A stretch of 64,000 nt of DNA from contig OY970398.1 of NCBI GenBank assembly GCA_963720535.1, positions 3,879,868 through 3,943,867 on the forward strand, read 5' to 3'. The translations under genes and the position numbers were made by a program. This DNA comes from an uncultured Chitinophagaceae bacterium (GTDB lineage: Bacteria > Bacteroidota > Bacteroidia > Chitinophagales > Chitinophagaceae). Shown here in pieces: positions 37,280 to 49,262 of this stretch. Below the pieces are notes generated by a model that saw only the letters and a program-made list of their open reading frames with translations, did not search any database and had not been told where the DNA came from. Position 1 is the stretch's first letter. Each line of letters opens with the position of its first letter.

Positions 37280-37942
37280 TTAGATCAAATCACTAAGATT
37301 GAGTTCTCGATAATCTTTAATAAAACTAATAATATTACTGTATGCAGAAAACTCATGTGCTTCATGCATCGTAGTTAATACAATTGCCTTCATACCAGCT
37401 CTTGCTGCAGCTTCTACTCCTTTGGGGGCATCTTCAAATACAATACATTCCTGAGGAAAGACGCCAAGCTCAGCAGCCCCTTTTAAATAAGTTTCAGGGT
37501 CAGGTTTGCTTTCGATCACATCATCTGCGCTTACTATTGATGTAAAATAATGCCGAAGATTTAATCCATCTAAAACAAAATTGATATTAAATGGAATCGC
37601 TGCAGATCCAATGCCCATGAGCACACCAGCCTCTTTAGATTCTGCTAAAAAAGTATCCAAGCCGTCAATTAATTTCAATAATGGGCGATATTCTGCCTGA
37701 TACCTTTTTTCTTTCTCAACAGATAGTGTATCCATTTCGTTTTTAGTAAATCGCTCTTTCCCAAATATCCTGATCAACAGCTCAGTGTTTTTCCCATACA
37801 TCTGTTCTTTTACTTCTTCCCAACTCAGGTTAGCGCCAAGATCATCATTTAGGATATGAAACCATGCTTTGTTATGGTATTGCATATCATCAATCATGGT
37901 ACCATTCAAATCGAATAAAAAAGCTTTTACTGGTAATGCCAT
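37280..37942 (-). CDS. HAD-superfamily hydrolase (beta-phosphoglucomutase-like subfamily IA)
   Basis: 220 aa. Motif I reads FDLNGT (Asn where DxDGT normally has the second Asp). Later motifs are GIGSAA and FEDAPKGVEAA. Confidence 0.75.
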   Translation of the reverse strand: MALPVKAFLFDLNGTMIDDMQYHNKAWFHILNDDLGANLSWEEVKEQMYGKNTELLIRIFGKERFTKNEMDTLSVEKEKRYQAEYRPLLKLIDGLDTFLAESKEAGVLMGIGSAAIPFNINFVLDGLNLRHYFTSIVSADDVIESKPDPETYLKGAAELGVFPQECIVFEDAPKGVEAAARAGMKAIVLTTMHEAHEFSAYSNIISFIKDYRELNLSDLI

Positions 37943-37956
37943 TATGTAAATTATAG

Positions 37957-39360
37957 TTAAGAAAGAATTTTTTCAGCATGCATTTCCGGGATCTCTACAT
38001 CCTTAAAACCTTTTCGGTTTAATCTGATTGCAAAGTCCTGTTGTACATCATATTCGCCGTGTACAAGAAAAAGAGATTTTATTTCTTGTACGTTTTGGCA
38101 ACTTATAAATTGGCAAAGGTCATCGTAATCTCCATGAGCACTCATGCTCCTTAATGAGCCTATCTCTGCAACCACTTCGAATTCTTCTCCGAATATCCTC
38201 ACGATCCTATCGCCATTCATCAATCTTCCTCCCAACGACCGGGGCTCACAATAACCAACCATCAGGATCGTATTTTGAGTTGCTCCAATATTATTCATAA
38301 TATGGTGCTTAACCCTTCCTGCATCCGCCATACCACTTGCAGATATAATTACACAAGGCTGTTCCAGATAGTTCAGGTTTTTACTTTCATCAACCGTTTT
38401 AATATAATTCAAGCCCTCAAAGTCAAATGGATCATCATCCATCTCCATCACTTTCTGAATGCGTTTATTAAAATATTGAGGGTATGATTTAATGACTTCT
38501 GTTGCTTCTCTGCTCAATGGGCTATCTACATACACTGGAATTTTTGGTAACCTTTTTTCGAGCGACAACTGATTCAGATCGTATAAAATTTCCTGTGTTC
38601 TTCCAACGCTGAAAGCCGGAATAATTAATTTCCCTTTCTTTACCACGCAAGTGTGTTGTACCCATTTTAATAAATTATCAGGAGTACTGTACACTTCATC
38701 GTGTAATTTGTTACCGTAAGTGCTTTCCAGCAAAAGATAATCAGCCTGTGGGAACAAAGATGGTGAACGCAGAATCACATCACGATACCTGCCAACGTCG
38801 CCACTAAAACAAATTCTCGTTGTTTTATTATTATCAGTTATTTGCAGGTTTACTGCAGCACTGCCAATGATATGTCCCGCATCAGTAAACATCAATTCTA
38901 CTCCCGGTAAAACGGTCTGCCATTTGCCATATTCAACGGTTACAAAAAGCCCCATCGACACGGCAACGTCATCTATGGAATAGAGCGGTTCATAGAGCGG
39001 TAGCCCTTGTTTAACTCTTCGTTTATTGATGAATTTTGTATCGGCTCTTTGAATCTCTGCAGAATCTTCAAGCAAAATAGCTGCAAGGTCTTTCGTGGCA
39101 GGAGTGCAAAATATTTTTCCTGCAAACCCTTCGCTTACAAGTTTAGGAATCAACCCCGAATGATCGATATGTGCATGCGACAATATTAATACATCCACTT
39201 GAGTTGGATCAAAACCCAGATCACGATTCATGGCATCAGTTTCTTTGCCTAGGCCTTGAAACATTCCGCAATCGAGCAAAATTTTTTGCTTGTTTTGCAG
39301 TGTAATCAAATGCTTTGAGCCGGTAACCGTTCTGGCAGCGCCATGGAATGCTATTTTCAT
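37957..39360 (-). CDS. MBL-fold metallo-hydrolase with beta-CASP/RNA-specificity domains (CPSF/RNase J-like)
   Basis: 467 aa. HxHxDH motif (SHAHIDHSG), with a beta-CASP-like middle region and a C-terminal MSAHGD motif. Confidence 0.8.
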   Translation of the reverse strand: MKIAFHGAARTVTGSKHLITLQNKQKILLDCGMFQGLGKETDAMNRDLGFDPTQVDVLILSHAHIDHSGLIPKLVSEGFAGKIFCTPATKDLAAILLEDSAEIQRADTKFINKRRVKQGLPLYEPLYSIDDVAVSMGLFVTVEYGKWQTVLPGVELMFTDAGHIIGSAAVNLQITDNNKTTRICFSGDVGRYRDVILRSPSLFPQADYLLLESTYGNKLHDEVYSTPDNLLKWVQHTCVVKKGKLIIPAFSVGRTQEILYDLNQLSLEKRLPKIPVYVDSPLSREATEVIKSYPQYFNKRIQKVMEMDDDPFDFEGLNYIKTVDESKNLNYLEQPCVIISASGMADAGRVKHHIMNNIGATQNTILMVGYCEPRSLGGRLMNGDRIVRIFGEEFEVVAEIGSLRSMSAHGDYDDLCQFISCQNVQEIKSLFLVHGEYDVQQDFAIRLNRKGFKDVEIPEMHAEKILS

Positions 39361-39421
39361 TTTTTCCCTCCGCCTTATTTATGAGGCAATTTAAAAGTCT
39401 GTTCCCAATGATCAATTCCAA

Positions 39422-39910
39422 TTATTTTTGTTTGGATTTAAAACTCCAGGTGAACCAAAATTCCGAAACTATTTCTCCCGCCAGATTCTTCCCTACTGTA
39501 TAACATTTAATAGTTTGCCCCTCTCCTGTGGCCAAAGCCAACTCAACAACCTCTTCAACTGCTTTCCCATCAGTACAGGTGAATGCAATTTTATCTACCA
39601 CTTTTTTATAGAATTTCCCCTCCATGTCCACCACTAACATACTAACAGCAGGATTTCTTTTGTACACCTGAGCAAAAGCAAGCATGCCGGTACTCATTTC
39701 GGCAGCCATCGATTGCACTGCGAAATACATTGATTTAAATGGATTTTGATTGAGCCATTTGTGCGAAACAGTTACGACCAGTTTTTCCGCATCGAAGTCC
39801 CTTACTCTTAATCCCGCAACAAAAGCCGCAGGTAATTTTTGCAACATAAAAAAACGAAACTTAAGAGGGTTCGTGATCTTTCTTCTGAAATCTTCAAACT
39901 TAGGATTCAC
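39422..39910 (-). CDS. DUF4442-like hot-dog-fold (thioesterase-like) protein
   Basis: 162 aa. Assigned from remembered similarity of LPAAFVAGLRV...KWLNQNPFKSMYFAVQSMAAEMSTG to the DUF4442 family. No catalytic assignment possible. Confidence 0.5.
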   Translation of the reverse strand: MNPKFEDFRRKITNPLKFRFFMLQKLPAAFVAGLRVRDFDAEKLVVTVSHKWLNQNPFKSMYFAVQSMAAEMSTGMLAFAQVYKRNPAVSMLVVDMEGKFYKKVVDKIAFTCTDGKAVEEVVELALATGEGQTIKCYTVGKNLAGEIVSEFWFTWSFKSKQK

Positions 39911-39985
39911 TTTCTTGACTTTTGAATTTCTTTTCTAAATATGGATACCCTTCTTTCACGTAAATTAAGAAAGGCAAAGAATATT

Positions 39986-40723
39986 TTATAATAATAATGC
40001 GGCCAGTGCGTAATCAGCAAACAGAATTAATATACAACTCACCACCACAGCAGAAGTACTGGCTCTACCTATTTCCAGTGCCCCACCCTTAACATTATAC
40101 CCATAATAAGCTGGCACAGAACTTAAGATAAATGCGAAAGTGTAAGCTTTATACATCGAGAAATTGATATTATATAAATTCAGGTTCTGCCTTAATCCTG
40201 CATCAAAAATATCTGTGGCAATAATTCCAGACATCGAACCGGCCATTCTTCCACCCCAGATACCTAGTACTGCAGAAATTACAATCAAACAGGGTATCAC
40301 TACCAATGCGGCTAAAATTTTCGGAAAGATCAAATAACTTTTAGAATTGATGCCCATGATTTCCAGCGCATCAATCTGCTCGCTGATGCGCATATTACCT
40401 AATTCACTCGCGATTTTACTTCCTACTACTCCTGCTAAAACAATACTTAATACTGTAGGAGATAATTCAAGTATAATACTATCCCGAACAATCTGTGCAA
40501 TTGTAGAAGATGGAACTAAAGGGCTTACTAACTGATAAGCAGTCTGAACTGTGGTTACAGCTCCCAGAAATATTGAAATGATTACAACAATTGGTAGGGC
40601 ACCAATACCTATCTCTACACTTTGGTGCATGAATTCTTTCCAGTACATGCGCCAGTTTTCGGGTTTGGTAAGCATTCCCCTCAACATTAATAAATAAGAT
40701 CCGAAATGTGTGAAAAAAGACAT
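39986..40723 (-). CDS. mlaE: MlaE-family ABC transporter permease
   Basis: 245 aa with multiple TM segments and the family motif SEQIDALEIMG. No ATPase gene lies adjacent. Confidence 0.8.
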   Translation of the reverse strand: MSFFTHFGSYLLMLRGMLTKPENWRMYWKEFMHQSVEIGIGALPIVVIISIFLGAVTTVQTAYQLVSPLVPSSTIAQIVRDSIILELSPTVLSIVLAGVVGSKIASELGNMRISEQIDALEIMGINSKSYLIFPKILAALVVIPCLIVISAVLGIWGGRMAGSMSGIIATDIFDAGLRQNLNLYNINFSMYKAYTFAFILSSVPAYYGYNVKGGALEIGRASTSAVVVSCILILFADYALAALLL

Positions 40724-40747
40724 TGTCGATATTTAAAATGAGTCTAT

Positions 40748-43090
40748 CTATTTTTTCTTTTTCTTCAACCGCTTCCACCAGTTGCTTGTTTGTACCACTT
40801 CATCAATATCTCCTTTGCATTTCAATTGCGCATCTACCACAGCAACGATTGCCATATTAATGATATTTCTTACACTACTACCCAGTTGCAATACATGAAC
40901 CGGCTTTTTTAATCCCAATAAAATCGGACCAATTGCATCTGCTCCACCAATCTCTTTCAACAAGTTATAAGTTACATTTCCTGAAGTTAAATTCGGAAAC
41001 ATCAACACATTTACTTCCTCGTCTACAAGTTCGCTAAATGGGTAGTTGTCGCGTAGAATTTCTTTGTTAAAAGCAAGGCTGCCTTGCATTTCTCCATCAA
41101 CAATCAAAGAAGGATTACGCTCTTTTAGTATTTTAGTGGCATTTGCTACCAGTCTTGCTTCTGGCGAATCGCTGCTACCGAAATTACTATAACTCAGCAT
41201 GGCAATTCTTGGAGTAAGGTTAAAATTGCGCACTTCTTTGGCCACCATCATCGTAATATCTGCCAGCTCTTCAGCAGTTGGATTGAAATTTACAGTAGTG
41301 TCTGCTAAAAACAATGGGCCTCTTTTAGTAAGCAAAAGATACATGCCCGCAATTTTTTTAACACCCTCTTCTGTACCGATGATTTGTAAAGCAGGCCGTA
41401 TCGCTTCGGCATAATTTTTTGTGAGTCCCGATAGCATCGCATCCGCATCGCCCGTTTCTACCATCATGCACCCAAAATGGTTTCGGTCTTTCATCAACTT
41501 ACGGCTCTCATAATTATTGACGCCCCTACGCTGACGCTTTTTGAAAAAAAGATCTGCATAATATTCACGCTTCTCTTCGTTTTCATCATTCCTGGGATCG
41601 ATGATTGGAATATCTGTAAGATCAATATTATTCTGCTCTGCAATTCTGTGTATTTTATCAGGCTCCCCTAATAAAATTGGATAAGCAAGCCCCTCATCAT
41701 ATACGATGCTTGCTGCTTTTAATATTTTTTGATTATCTGCTTCTGCAAATACCAATCGTTTCGGACCCTTTCTGGCTTTATTGCCAATTACGCGCATGAG
41801 CTGGTTATCTAATCCCAAACGTTTATTTAATTCAACTGCATATGCATCCCAATTGTCGATCGACTTTTGAGCAACTCCCGATTCCATTGCAGCTTTAGCC
41901 ACTGCAGGTGCTACGGCGGCAAGTAATCTTGGGTCGAGAGGTTTTGGGATAATATATTCAGGACCAAAACTCATGTTCTGCTGGTTATAAGCCATGTTCA
42001 CAATATCCGGAACAGAGGTCTTTGCCAAATCGGCCAAAGCCCTTACAGCAGCAAGTTTCATGGCTTCATTAATTTGTTTTGCCCTTACATCCAGTGCGCC
42101 TCTGAAAATATATGGGAAGCCCAAAACGTTGTTCACTTGATTGGGATAGTCTGTACGTCCGGTTGCCATAATAATATCCTTTCTCACACTTGCTGCATCG
42201 GGATAACTAATTTCCGGATCAGGATTTGCCATTGCAAAAACGATTGGATTTTTCGCCATCGAACGCACCATATCCTGAGTTACCACATTACCCACACTGA
42301 GGCCCAAAAACACATCCGCATCTTTCATCGCCTTATCAAGGGTCCAGTCCGATTTCTTAACAGCAAACTTTTTTCTGATGGGACCCAAATCAGTCCGCTC
42401 ATCGTGTAAAACACCTTCCTTATCAAACACTATAAAATTTTCGTATCGCGCACCAAGCGCAACATATAATTGTATGCAAGCCATTGCAGCCGCACCTGCT
42501 CCATTTATTACGAAACGAACTTTCTCGATTTTCTTTTTCTGTAATTCCAGTGCGTTCAACATAGCAGCACTACTAATGATTGCAGTACCGTGTTGGTCAT
42601 CGTGCATCACAGGAATATTCATCTGCTCCTTTAATTGCTGCTCAATATAAAAGCATTCAGGAGCTTTAATGTCTTCGAGATTAATGCCTCCAAATGTGGG
42701 TTCTAAGGCTTTCACAATCTGAACAAATTTGTCAGGATCTTTTTCGTTGATTTCAATATCAAACACATCAATGTCGGCAAATATCTTGAACAATACTGCT
42801 TTACCTTCCATTACCGGTTTACCTGCATCGGGGCCAATATCACCCAAGCCTAAAACTGCAGTACCATTACTAATTACACCTACCAAATTTCCTTTTGCAG
42901 TGTATTTATAAACGTCTTCCGGATTTTTAAAAATCTCTTTGCAGGGTTCTGCCACGCCGGGGCTATAAGCCAAACTCAGATCGCGCTGCGTTTTTGCTTC
43001 TTTGGTAGGAACTACTTCAATTTTACCAGGCCTTCCGTTGGCGTGGTATTCCAATGCCTGTTCTCTTCTTAAGTCTGCTTGTTTAGACAT
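40748..43090 (-). CDS. maeB: NADP-dependent malic enzyme with C-terminal phosphate-acetyltransferase-like domain
   Basis: 780 aa. N-terminal malic enzyme region ([32 protein letters not shown]) plus a PTA-like C-terminal half. Confidence 0.9.
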   Translation of the reverse strand: MSKQADLRREQALEYHANGRPGKIEVVPTKEAKTQRDLSLAYSPGVAEPCKEIFKNPEDVYKYTAKGNLVGVISNGTAVLGLGDIGPDAGKPVMEGKAVLFKIFADIDVFDIEINEKDPDKFVQIVKALEPTFGGINLEDIKAPECFYIEQQLKEQMNIPVMHDDQHGTAIISSAAMLNALELQKKKIEKVRFVINGAGAAAMACIQLYVALGARYENFIVFDKEGVLHDERTDLGPIRKKFAVKKSDWTLDKAMKDADVFLGLSVGNVVTQDMVRSMAKNPIVFAMANPDPEISYPDAASVRKDIIMATGRTDYPNQVNNVLGFPYIFRGALDVRAKQINEAMKLAAVRALADLAKTSVPDIVNMAYNQQNMSFGPEYIIPKPLDPRLLAAVAPAVAKAAMESGVAQKSIDNWDAYAVELNKRLGLDNQLMRVIGNKARKGPKRLVFAEADNQKILKAASIVYDEGLAYPILLGEPDKIHRIAEQNNIDLTDIPIIDPRNDENEEKREYYADLFFKKRQRRGVNNYESRKLMKDRNHFGCMMVETGDADAMLSGLTKNYAEAIRPALQIIGTEEGVKKIAGMYLLLTKRGPLFLADTTVNFNPTAEELADITMMVAKEVRNFNLTPRIAMLSYSNFGSSDSPEARLVANATKILKERNPSLIVDGEMQGSLAFNKEILRDNYPFSELVDEEVNVLMFPNLTSGNVTYNLLKEIGGADAIGPILLGLKKPVHVLQLGSSVRNIINMAIVAVVDAQLKCKGDIDEVVQTSNWWKRLKKKKK

Positions 43091-43099
43091 ATATTATTT

Positions 43100-44284
43100 T
43101 TAAAGGCCCGACTTTATTCCAAGCCATGCCATCATCCCCATCCCTGTCTCGATTGCTCGTTCATCAATATTAAATAAAGGTGTGTGCACATTATGTACAA
43201 TGCCTTTTTCTTCATTTCTTACACCCAAACGATAAAAACATCCGGGTATCACTTGTGTATAATATCCGAAATCTTCAGCGCCCATGCGTAGCTCTGTTTC
43301 TTCCACATTATCTTCACCCATATACTCATTTGCCAATAACCAGTTCGAAGATGTAAAAGCAGGATCGTTATCAACTGTGGGATAGCCCACATCAATAAGC
43401 AGATCCAATTCAGCTCCCATTGATTCAACTATGCCAAAAGCCAGTTTACGAATTAACTCATGTGCTTTGAACCTCCATGCTTCATCCATTGCGCGAAAAG
43501 TTCCTTTCAATTTTACCTCGCTCGGAATTACATTCGTGGTGTGTCCACCCTGTATTGAACAGATCGATAATACCGAAGGTGAAACAGGGTTATTATTGCG
43601 CGAAATAATTTGTTGCAGGCCCACAATCAAATGCGATGCGATTAAAATGGTGTCGGCAGTTAAATGCGGTGCTGCAGCGTGCCCCCCTTTACTTTTGATG
43701 GTTATATAAATCTCATCCGCACTAGCCATCACGCGACCCTTCCTGAAACTCAATTTCCCAAAGTTCAATCCCGGGTGTACATGCAATCCAATGATACCAA
43801 CTGGCTTCGGGTTTTCTAAAGCACCATCCCTAATCATGTAACTGGCTCCACCTGGATTCTTTTCTTCGCCGGGTTGAAATAATAATTTGATTGTGCCTTC
43901 CCATTCCCCTTTTAACTCGTTGAGAATTTTTGCTGCCCCTAATAAAATTGTTGTATGCACATCATGCCCGCAAGCATGCATTACGCCATCATTTACAGAA
44001 CAGTAAGACACTTGATTTTCTTCCTTAATTTGGAGCGCATCCATATCGGCTCGTAGAGCAATAACACGGCTTTCAGGGTTTTTCCCCTGAATAATTCCTA
44101 CTATTCCCGTAGTTGCAATTACTTCAAAACCAATTCCAAATTCCCTTAATTTTTGTTGCACAAATCTGCTCGTCTCATATTCCTGATAACTCAATTCAGG
44201 GTGTGCATGTAAATTCCTTCGAACTGCAACGAATTCTTCTGAATATGCTTTGGCTCTTGTTTTTATCTGCTCAATCAGTTCCAT
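43100..44284 (-). CDS. M20D-family amidohydrolase (N-acyl-L-amino-acid amidohydrolase-like)
   Basis: 394 aa. Motifs seen: RRNLHAHPELSYQEYET, ALRADMDAL and MHACGHD. Confidence 0.85.
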   Translation of the reverse strand: MELIEQIKTRAKAYSEEFVAVRRNLHAHPELSYQEYETSRFVQQKLREFGIGFEVIATTGIVGIIQGKNPESRVIALRADMDALQIKEENQVSYCSVNDGVMHACGHDVHTTILLGAAKILNELKGEWEGTIKLLFQPGEEKNPGGASYMIRDGALENPKPVGIIGLHVHPGLNFGKLSFRKGRVMASADEIYITIKSKGGHAAAPHLTADTILIASHLIVGLQQIISRNNNPVSPSVLSICSIQGGHTTNVIPSEVKLKGTFRAMDEAWRFKAHELIRKLAFGIVESMGAELDLLIDVGYPTVDNDPAFTSSNWLLANEYMGEDNVEETELRMGAEDFGYYTQVIPGCFYRLGVRNEEKGIVHNVHTPLFNIDERAIETGMGMMAWLGIKSGL

Positions 44285-44289
44285 GCTTA

Positions 44290-44733
44290 CTAGTTATTGA
44301 GTAATTGATCTTCCTCTTCTTTCGTTGGTGAATAATCGATGGCATCTTCCACTACAAAAACACCGGTAGTATATAGTTTTGTGAGTTGCAATTTAAATTT
44401 CTCTGCATCTGGTTTCTTCAAAAAATTTCCTATCCTTACTTTAAAATTGGGAGATTGAAATAAAGCATAGGTTTTCTGATCAGGAAATCTCGAAAGAAGT
44501 TCTCCTTTTATTTTAAAAGCCTGATCCCGATTCGAAGTGCTTACTACCTGTACACGATATCCTTTGTACTGACCTGTACTGGTTAAAAAAGAAGACTTCT
44601 TATTAATCTGTGCCTGCTTTGCAGTTAACATATCCATTCTTGCGTCTTTGTGTACAATTACCGTATCCATCGACCAGGAAGCACACGCAAAAAAAACCGT
44701 TACAAAAAACGAAATAACAATCCTTTTTACCAT
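44290..44733 (-). CDS. SPOR-domain protein (peptidoglycan binding), secreted
   Basis: 147 aa with an N-terminal hydrophobic segment. C-terminal SPOR-like pattern GYRVQV...FP...Y...PNFKVRIGNF. Confidence 0.65.
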   Translation of the reverse strand: MVKRIVISFFVTVFFACASWSMDTVIVHKDARMDMLTAKQAQINKKSSFLTSTGQYKGYRVQVVSTSNRDQAFKIKGELLSRFPDQKTYALFQSPNFKVRIGNFLKKPDAEKFKLQLTKLYTTGVFVVEDAIDYSPTKEEEDQLLNN

Positions 44734-44788
44734 GCTTCTACTTTTGAATTTTTAGATATGATTTTTGACTACTCACTGCAAGTTAAAA

Positions 44789-45469
44789 TTAATATCCGGT
44801 ATCTCCAGCCGGAGTTCCGGCAACAATGCCTACACCTGCACTACAACCAAGTCGGGTGGCCCCTGCATCCACTAATTCCCTGGCAAAAGCATAATCGCGT
44901 ATACCTCCCGCTGCTTTGATCTGAACTTGTTGAGGCAAATGAAGTTTAAAAAGTTGAACAGCATGTACGCTGGCCCCTTTCTCAGCATAGCCTGTTGACG
45001 TTTTCAAATAATCAATCCCTGCAGCCCCATAAATATCGCAGCAGGCGATAATTTCTTCATCCGTTAGCACTCCACTTTCAATAATTACTTTAATTACTTT
45101 ATGCTTACTCCTTATGATCGGCATAATGTGATTAATCTCGTTGGCCAAATAGATATAATCCTTATTCTTGATTGCTGAAATATTACAAACTACATCCAGC
45201 TCATCGGCGCCATCTACTATGGCTAAAACGATTTCTGCGATTTTAGCTTCTACTGCCGAATAGCCAAAAGGGAAACCAATTACCGTTGCTACTTTTACAT
45301 TGCTTCCCTGCGTTAAAGCCTTGGCTTGCTTTACAAAATTTGGGGGCACACATACTGCAGCAAACTGATAGCTGATTGCCTCGGAACATAATTTTTCAAT
45401 ATCTGCCAGCAAAGTGGTTGGCTTTAAAATTGTATGATCTATATATTGATTCAGTTTCATTCTATTCAA
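44789..45469 (-). CDS. deoC: Deoxyribose-phosphate aldolase
   Basis: 226 aa. N-terminus IDHTILKP and the Schiff-base lysine context DYLKTSTGY. Confidence 0.9.
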   Translation of the reverse strand: MNRMKLNQYIDHTILKPTTLLADIEKLCSEAISYQFAAVCVPPNFVKQAKALTQGSNVKVATVIGFPFGYSAVEAKIAEIVLAIVDGADELDVVCNISAIKNKDYIYLANEINHIMPIIRSKHKVIKVIIESGVLTDEEIIACCDIYGAAGIDYLKTSTGYAEKGASVHAVQLFKLHLPQQVQIKAAGGIRDYAFARELVDAGATRLGCSAGVGIVAGTPAGDTGY

Positions 45470-45524
45470 TTGAAAAGCGAAGTTAGCTAAAGATAAAACA
45501 TAGCCATATAAACAATAGAAATAT

Positions 45525-45556
45525 AAAAGCCCCTTTCAATAACGAAAAGGGCTTTT
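45525..45556 (-). terminator. Terminator hairpin downstream of secA
   Basis: AAAAGCCCCTTTC-AATAAC-GAAAAGGGCTTTT, with T-runs on both strands. Confidence 0.6.
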
Positions 45557-45583
45557 GACTTTTAACTTTTAACTTTTGATTTT

Positions 45584-48500
45584 CTATTGCGCATCTTTCC
45601 CATGACATGCTTTATATTTTTTTCCACTTCCACAAGGGCAAGGATCATTTCTTCCAATCTTTGGCCCAACTTGAATGGGTTGTTGTTTTACAGGCGTTGG
45701 ATCGTAATAATCGTTCTCGGTTGGAGGCGAGTCTATATCTTCTTTTTGTGTACGCATTTTACTCAGATCAGTCTTCTGCTGACGACCTTCTTTCACAGTT
45801 TCTCCCTCATTTAAAGGAATTGCGGAATGGCATAAAAACTGAACGATCTCTCTGTTAACTTCTCCATCCATCTTTTTAAACAGATCAAAAGCTTCCATCT
45901 TGTAAATTACCAACGGATCTTTTTGTTCGTAAGTAGCTGTTTGCACACTCTGTTTCAGATCATCCATGGCACGTAAATGTTCTTTCCATGCATCATCAAT
46001 AAATCCTAGTGTAACCGTTCTTTCCACAGCATTCAGTAATTCAACGCCTCCGGTTTGAATGGTTTTTTCTAATGCTGCTAATACCTGAATCATCCTGCGA
46101 CCATCTGTAAATGGAACAATTACATTTTCGATATGCGAGCCCTGTTGTAATTTAATATTCTTAAATACCGGAATACTTTGCTCTGCTAAGACTGCTTTTT
46201 TTCGCTCGTAGTTTTCTACCGCTTCTGAATATAGTTTTTCGGTCAATTGCAATTCGGAACCTCTCGACAATTCTTCAACTGTAATGGAAGAATCAATTCC
46301 AAAATTCACAATCACCGCCAAACGAAAACCTTCATGGTCGTTCTGTTCTTTGAACGAATTAATTAAGCCTTCTGCAACAGAATACAAAGCATTGTCTAAA
46401 TCCAGTGCAAGGCGTTCTCCAAATAATGCATGATTTCGTTTAGTATAAATTACCGTACGTTGCTTATTCATCACGTCATCATACTCCAGCAAACGCTTAC
46501 GTATACCAAAGTTATTTTCTTCTACTTTTTTCTGTGCACGTTCTATCGATTTAGTGATCATGCTATGCTGAATCACTTCGCCTTCTTTATATCCGGCAAA
46601 GTCCATCACTTTCGCAATACGTTCGCTACCAAACATGCGCATCAGATCGTCTTCCAGAGAAATAAAGAATAATGATGATCCCGGATCACCCTGACGACCA
46701 GCACGCCCTCTCAACTGACGGTCTACCCTGCGCGACTCATGGCGTTCGGTACCCAGAATGGCTAATCCGCCTGCTTCTTTTACACCTGGCCCGAGTTTGA
46801 TATCGGTACCACGACCAGCCATATTCGTAGCAATAGTAACAGCTCCTGCAAAACCTGCTTCAGCAACTACCTGTGCTTCACGAGCGTGTTGTTTTGCATT
46901 CAACACATTGTGTGCAATTTGTTTTTGGCGTAGCATTCTGCTCAGCAATTCACTTACTTCAACAGAAGTAGTACCCACCAATACGGGACGACCTTCTTTT
47001 GTAAGTTTTACGATCTCATCTATTACTGCACCAAATTTTTCGCGTTTTGTTTTGAACACCAGATCCTGCTCATCTTTTCTGATAGCCACTACATTTGTTG
47101 GAACGGTTACCACATCTAATTTGTAAATGTCCCATAACTCAGCCGCTTCAGTTTCTGCAGTACCGGTCATACCCGCAAGTTTGTGGTACATACGGAAGTA
47201 GTTCTGTAAAGTAACAGTAGCATAGGTTTGAGTGGCAGCTTCGATCTTCACGTTTTCTTTGGCTTCAATCGCCTGATGCAATCCATCAGAATATCTGCGA
47301 CCATCCAGAATACGACCCGTTTGTTCATCCACAATTTTTACAGCACCTTCCATCACCACATACTCAATGTCTTTATCAAATAAAGTATATGCTTTCAGCA
47401 ATTGCTGTACGGTATGTATACGATCTGCTTTAACAGAATAATCGTTAATGATCGTTTCTTTCTGATGTAATTTTTCATCAGCGCTCAATACAGTATCCTG
47501 TTCCACATGTGCCAGCGATACACTGATATCGGGCAATATGAAGAAATTAGGATCTTCGCCCGACCCGGTAATTAAACCAATTCCTTTATCTGTTAATTCA
47601 ACAGAGTTATTTTTTTCGTCGATATAGAAAAATAATTCCTGATCAGCAGTGGGCATTTCTCGACTCTGATCTGCCAGATAAAAATTTTCTGCTTTTTGCA
47701 ATTTTACCCGGATGCCTGGCTCACTCAAAAATTTTATCAACGCATTGTTCTTTGGCAAACCTCTGTGCGCACGAAACAATGCAAGGCCACCATCTTTAGG
47801 ATCATCGTTGCCTTCTGCAATTTTTTTCTTGGCTTCATTTAAAAACTGATTGGTCGCTCTTTTTTGTGCATCCACCAGTTTTTCAATTCGCGGCTTCAGG
47901 TCGAAAAACTGTTGCTCGCCAGTATTGTGTCCAATCGGACCACTAATAATTAAAGGTGTTCTGGCATCATCTATCAATACAGAATCAACCTCATCCACCA
48001 TTGCAAAATGGTGTTTACGCTGAACCATTTCTTCCGGTGTATGCACCATATTATCACGCAGGTAGTCGAAACCAAATTCGTTATTGGTACCATAAGTAAT
48101 ATCAGCCAGATATGCGTTGCGGCGAGCTTCGCTATTGGGTTCGTGTTTATCAATACAATCAACAGTTATTCCCAACCATTCAAAAATGGTTCCGTTCCAT
48201 TCGCTATCTCTTCGTGCCAGGTAATCATTCACCGTTACAATATGCACCCCCTCTCCCGCCAATGCATTCAAATAGGCAGGCAAGGTAGATACCAGCGTTT
48301 TACCTTCTCCCGTTGCCATCTCTGCAATCTTTCCCGAATGCAATACACTACCTCCAATCAATTGCACATCGTAGTGTACCATATTCCAAGTAACCGAACC
48401 ACCACCTGCAGTCCAGGTATTTTTAAAGATCGATTGATCTCCTTCAATTCTTACATAATCTTTTTTGACGCTTAGATTTCTGTCCAATTCGGTAGCAGTA

Positions 48501-48892
48501 CTAACCAATTCAGTATTGTCTTTGAACCTACGGGCGGTTTCTTTTACAACAGCAAATGCTTCTGGTTGAATCATCGCCAGTGCTTCTTCAATTTTTTTAT
48601 TGCGTTCCTTCTTTAGTTTGTCTACTTCCTGATAAATGGTATCCCGGCCGTGTATATCTATTACTGGTAGTGCTTCTGCTGCAGCTTTCTTTCCTTCTAT
48701 CACATCGTCTATCTCCTTCAAATGCGCTTTGATACGCTCTTTGAATTCAATGGTTTTAGTTCTTAACGCATCGTTTGAAAGCCCTTGGTATTCCTGAAAA
48801 TGAACGCCTACTTTCTGAATAATAGGCATGATCGATTGTACATCTTTCTCGCTCTTACTACCCCCGAATAACTTAGAAATGAATTTCAACAT
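45584..48892 (-). CDS. secA: Preprotein translocase ATPase SecA
   Basis: 1102 aa. DEAD-motor motifs ([27 protein letters not shown]) and a C-terminal zinc finger [14 protein letters not shown]. Confidence 0.95.
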   Translation of the reverse strand: MLKFISKLFGGSKSEKDVQSIMPIIQKVGVHFQEYQGLSNDALRTKTIEFKERIKAHLKEIDDVIEGKKAAAEALPVIDIHGRDTIYQEVDKLKKERNKKIEEALAMIQPEAFAVVKETARRFKDNTELVSTATELDRNLSVKKDYVRIEGDQSIFKNTWTAGGGSVTWNMVHYDVQLIGGSVLHSGKIAEMATGEGKTLVSTLPAYLNALAGEGVHIVTVNDYLARRDSEWNGTIFEWLGITVDCIDKHEPNSEARRNAYLADITYGTNNEFGFDYLRDNMVHTPEEMVQRKHHFAMVDEVDSVLIDDARTPLIISGPIGHNTGEQQFFDLKPRIEKLVDAQKRATNQFLNEAKKKIAEGNDDPKDGGLALFRAHRGLPKNNALIKFLSEPGIRVKLQKAENFYLADQSREMPTADQELFFYIDEKNNSVELTDKGIGLITGSGEDPNFFILPDISVSLAHVEQDTVLSADEKLHQKETIINDYSVKADRIHTVQQLLKAYTLFDKDIEYVVMEGAVKIVDEQTGRILDGRRYSDGLHQAIEAKENVKIEAATQTYATVTLQNYFRMYHKLAGMTGTAETEAAELWDIYKLDVVTVPTNVVAIRKDEQDLVFKTKREKFGAVIDEIVKLTKEGRPVLVGTTSVEVSELLSRMLRQKQIAHNVLNAKQHAREAQVVAEAGFAGAVTIATNMAGRGTDIKLGPGVKEAGGLAILGTERHESRRVDRQLRGRAGRQGDPGSSLFFISLEDDLMRMFGSERIAKVMDFAGYKEGEVIQHSMITKSIERAQKKVEENNFGIRKRLLEYDDVMNKQRTVIYTKRNHALFGERLALDLDNALYSVAEGLINSFKEQNDHEGFRLAVIVNFGIDSSITVEELSRGSELQLTEKLYSEAVENYERKKAVLAEQSIPVFKNIKLQQGSHIENVIVPFTDGRRMIQVLAALEKTIQTGGVELLNAVERTVTLGFIDDAWKEHLRAMDDLKQSVQTATYEQKDPLVIYKMEAFDLFKKMDGEVNREIVQFLCHSAIPLNEGETVKEGRQQKTDLSKMRTQKEDIDSPPTENDYYDPTPVKQQPIQVGPKIGRNDPCPCGSGKKYKACHGKDAQ

Positions 48893-49164
48893 ATAATAGT
48901 ATTGGATAATTCGTTTTACCTTGATTTTAGATAACCTTTCACTTTGTCAAAAACGGTGCTACTTGAAACGTTTCGTCAAAATGGCAGCAGGTTTTTTTCC
49001 AAAGGACCACAAATGTAAAGATTTTAGGTAGAGCTGCTGTAAATCCAGTTTATTTCAGGCACAGACATGTGATAAACTAGAACGCGTCGAATTATTTCTA
49101 AAGCTTAATTTTCCGACTTGTATTGATTTTTGGGTAAAAGGATGGAATTTCAGGGTCTTTCTGT

Positions 49165-49172
49165 TACTTTTG
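49165..49172 (+). promoter_or_regulatory. Candidate -7 box TACTTTTG upstream of atpG
   Basis: Matches TAnnTTTG about 90 nt upstream of the atpG ATG. No well-spaced -33 TTG is present. Confidence 0.25.
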
Positions 49173-49262
49173 CAACCCAAAACCAGCCTCAAATGGCTGA
49201 AATTTAAGATTCATATTGCTCAAAAGCGATAGGGTCAACACCAGAAACTTGAAACTTATTAT

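Noticed and set aside
37280-39910. HAD hydrolase, beta-CASP MBL hydrolase and DUF4442, considered as a possible novel three-gene system.
   Set aside because: The genes are separated by 14-75 bp but have unrelated housekeeping-type families. There is no mobility, toxin, nuclease-effector or sensor signature, so nothing in the sequence links them beyond co-orientation.
45557-45583. Heptamer-like tandem GACTTTT-AACTTTT-AACTTTT-GATTTT just downstream of the secA stop.
   Set aside because: It is very short, AT-rich and low-complexity, adjacent to the terminator T-run. No evidence supports a function beyond being part of the terminator or intergenic spacer.
48893-49262. The 370-bp secA/atpG intergenic region, examined for a tRNA, small RNA or small ORF. 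It shows long-range complementarity (CAGCAG at about 48986 with CTGCTG at about 49036) and a CAGCC-TCAAAT-GGCTG hairpin near 49184-49199.
   Set aside because: No cloverleaf or conserved RNA motif is recognisable, the only ORF is about 17 codons, and the stems are short. I treat the region as ordinary divergent promoter/UTR DNA unless covariation data say otherwise.
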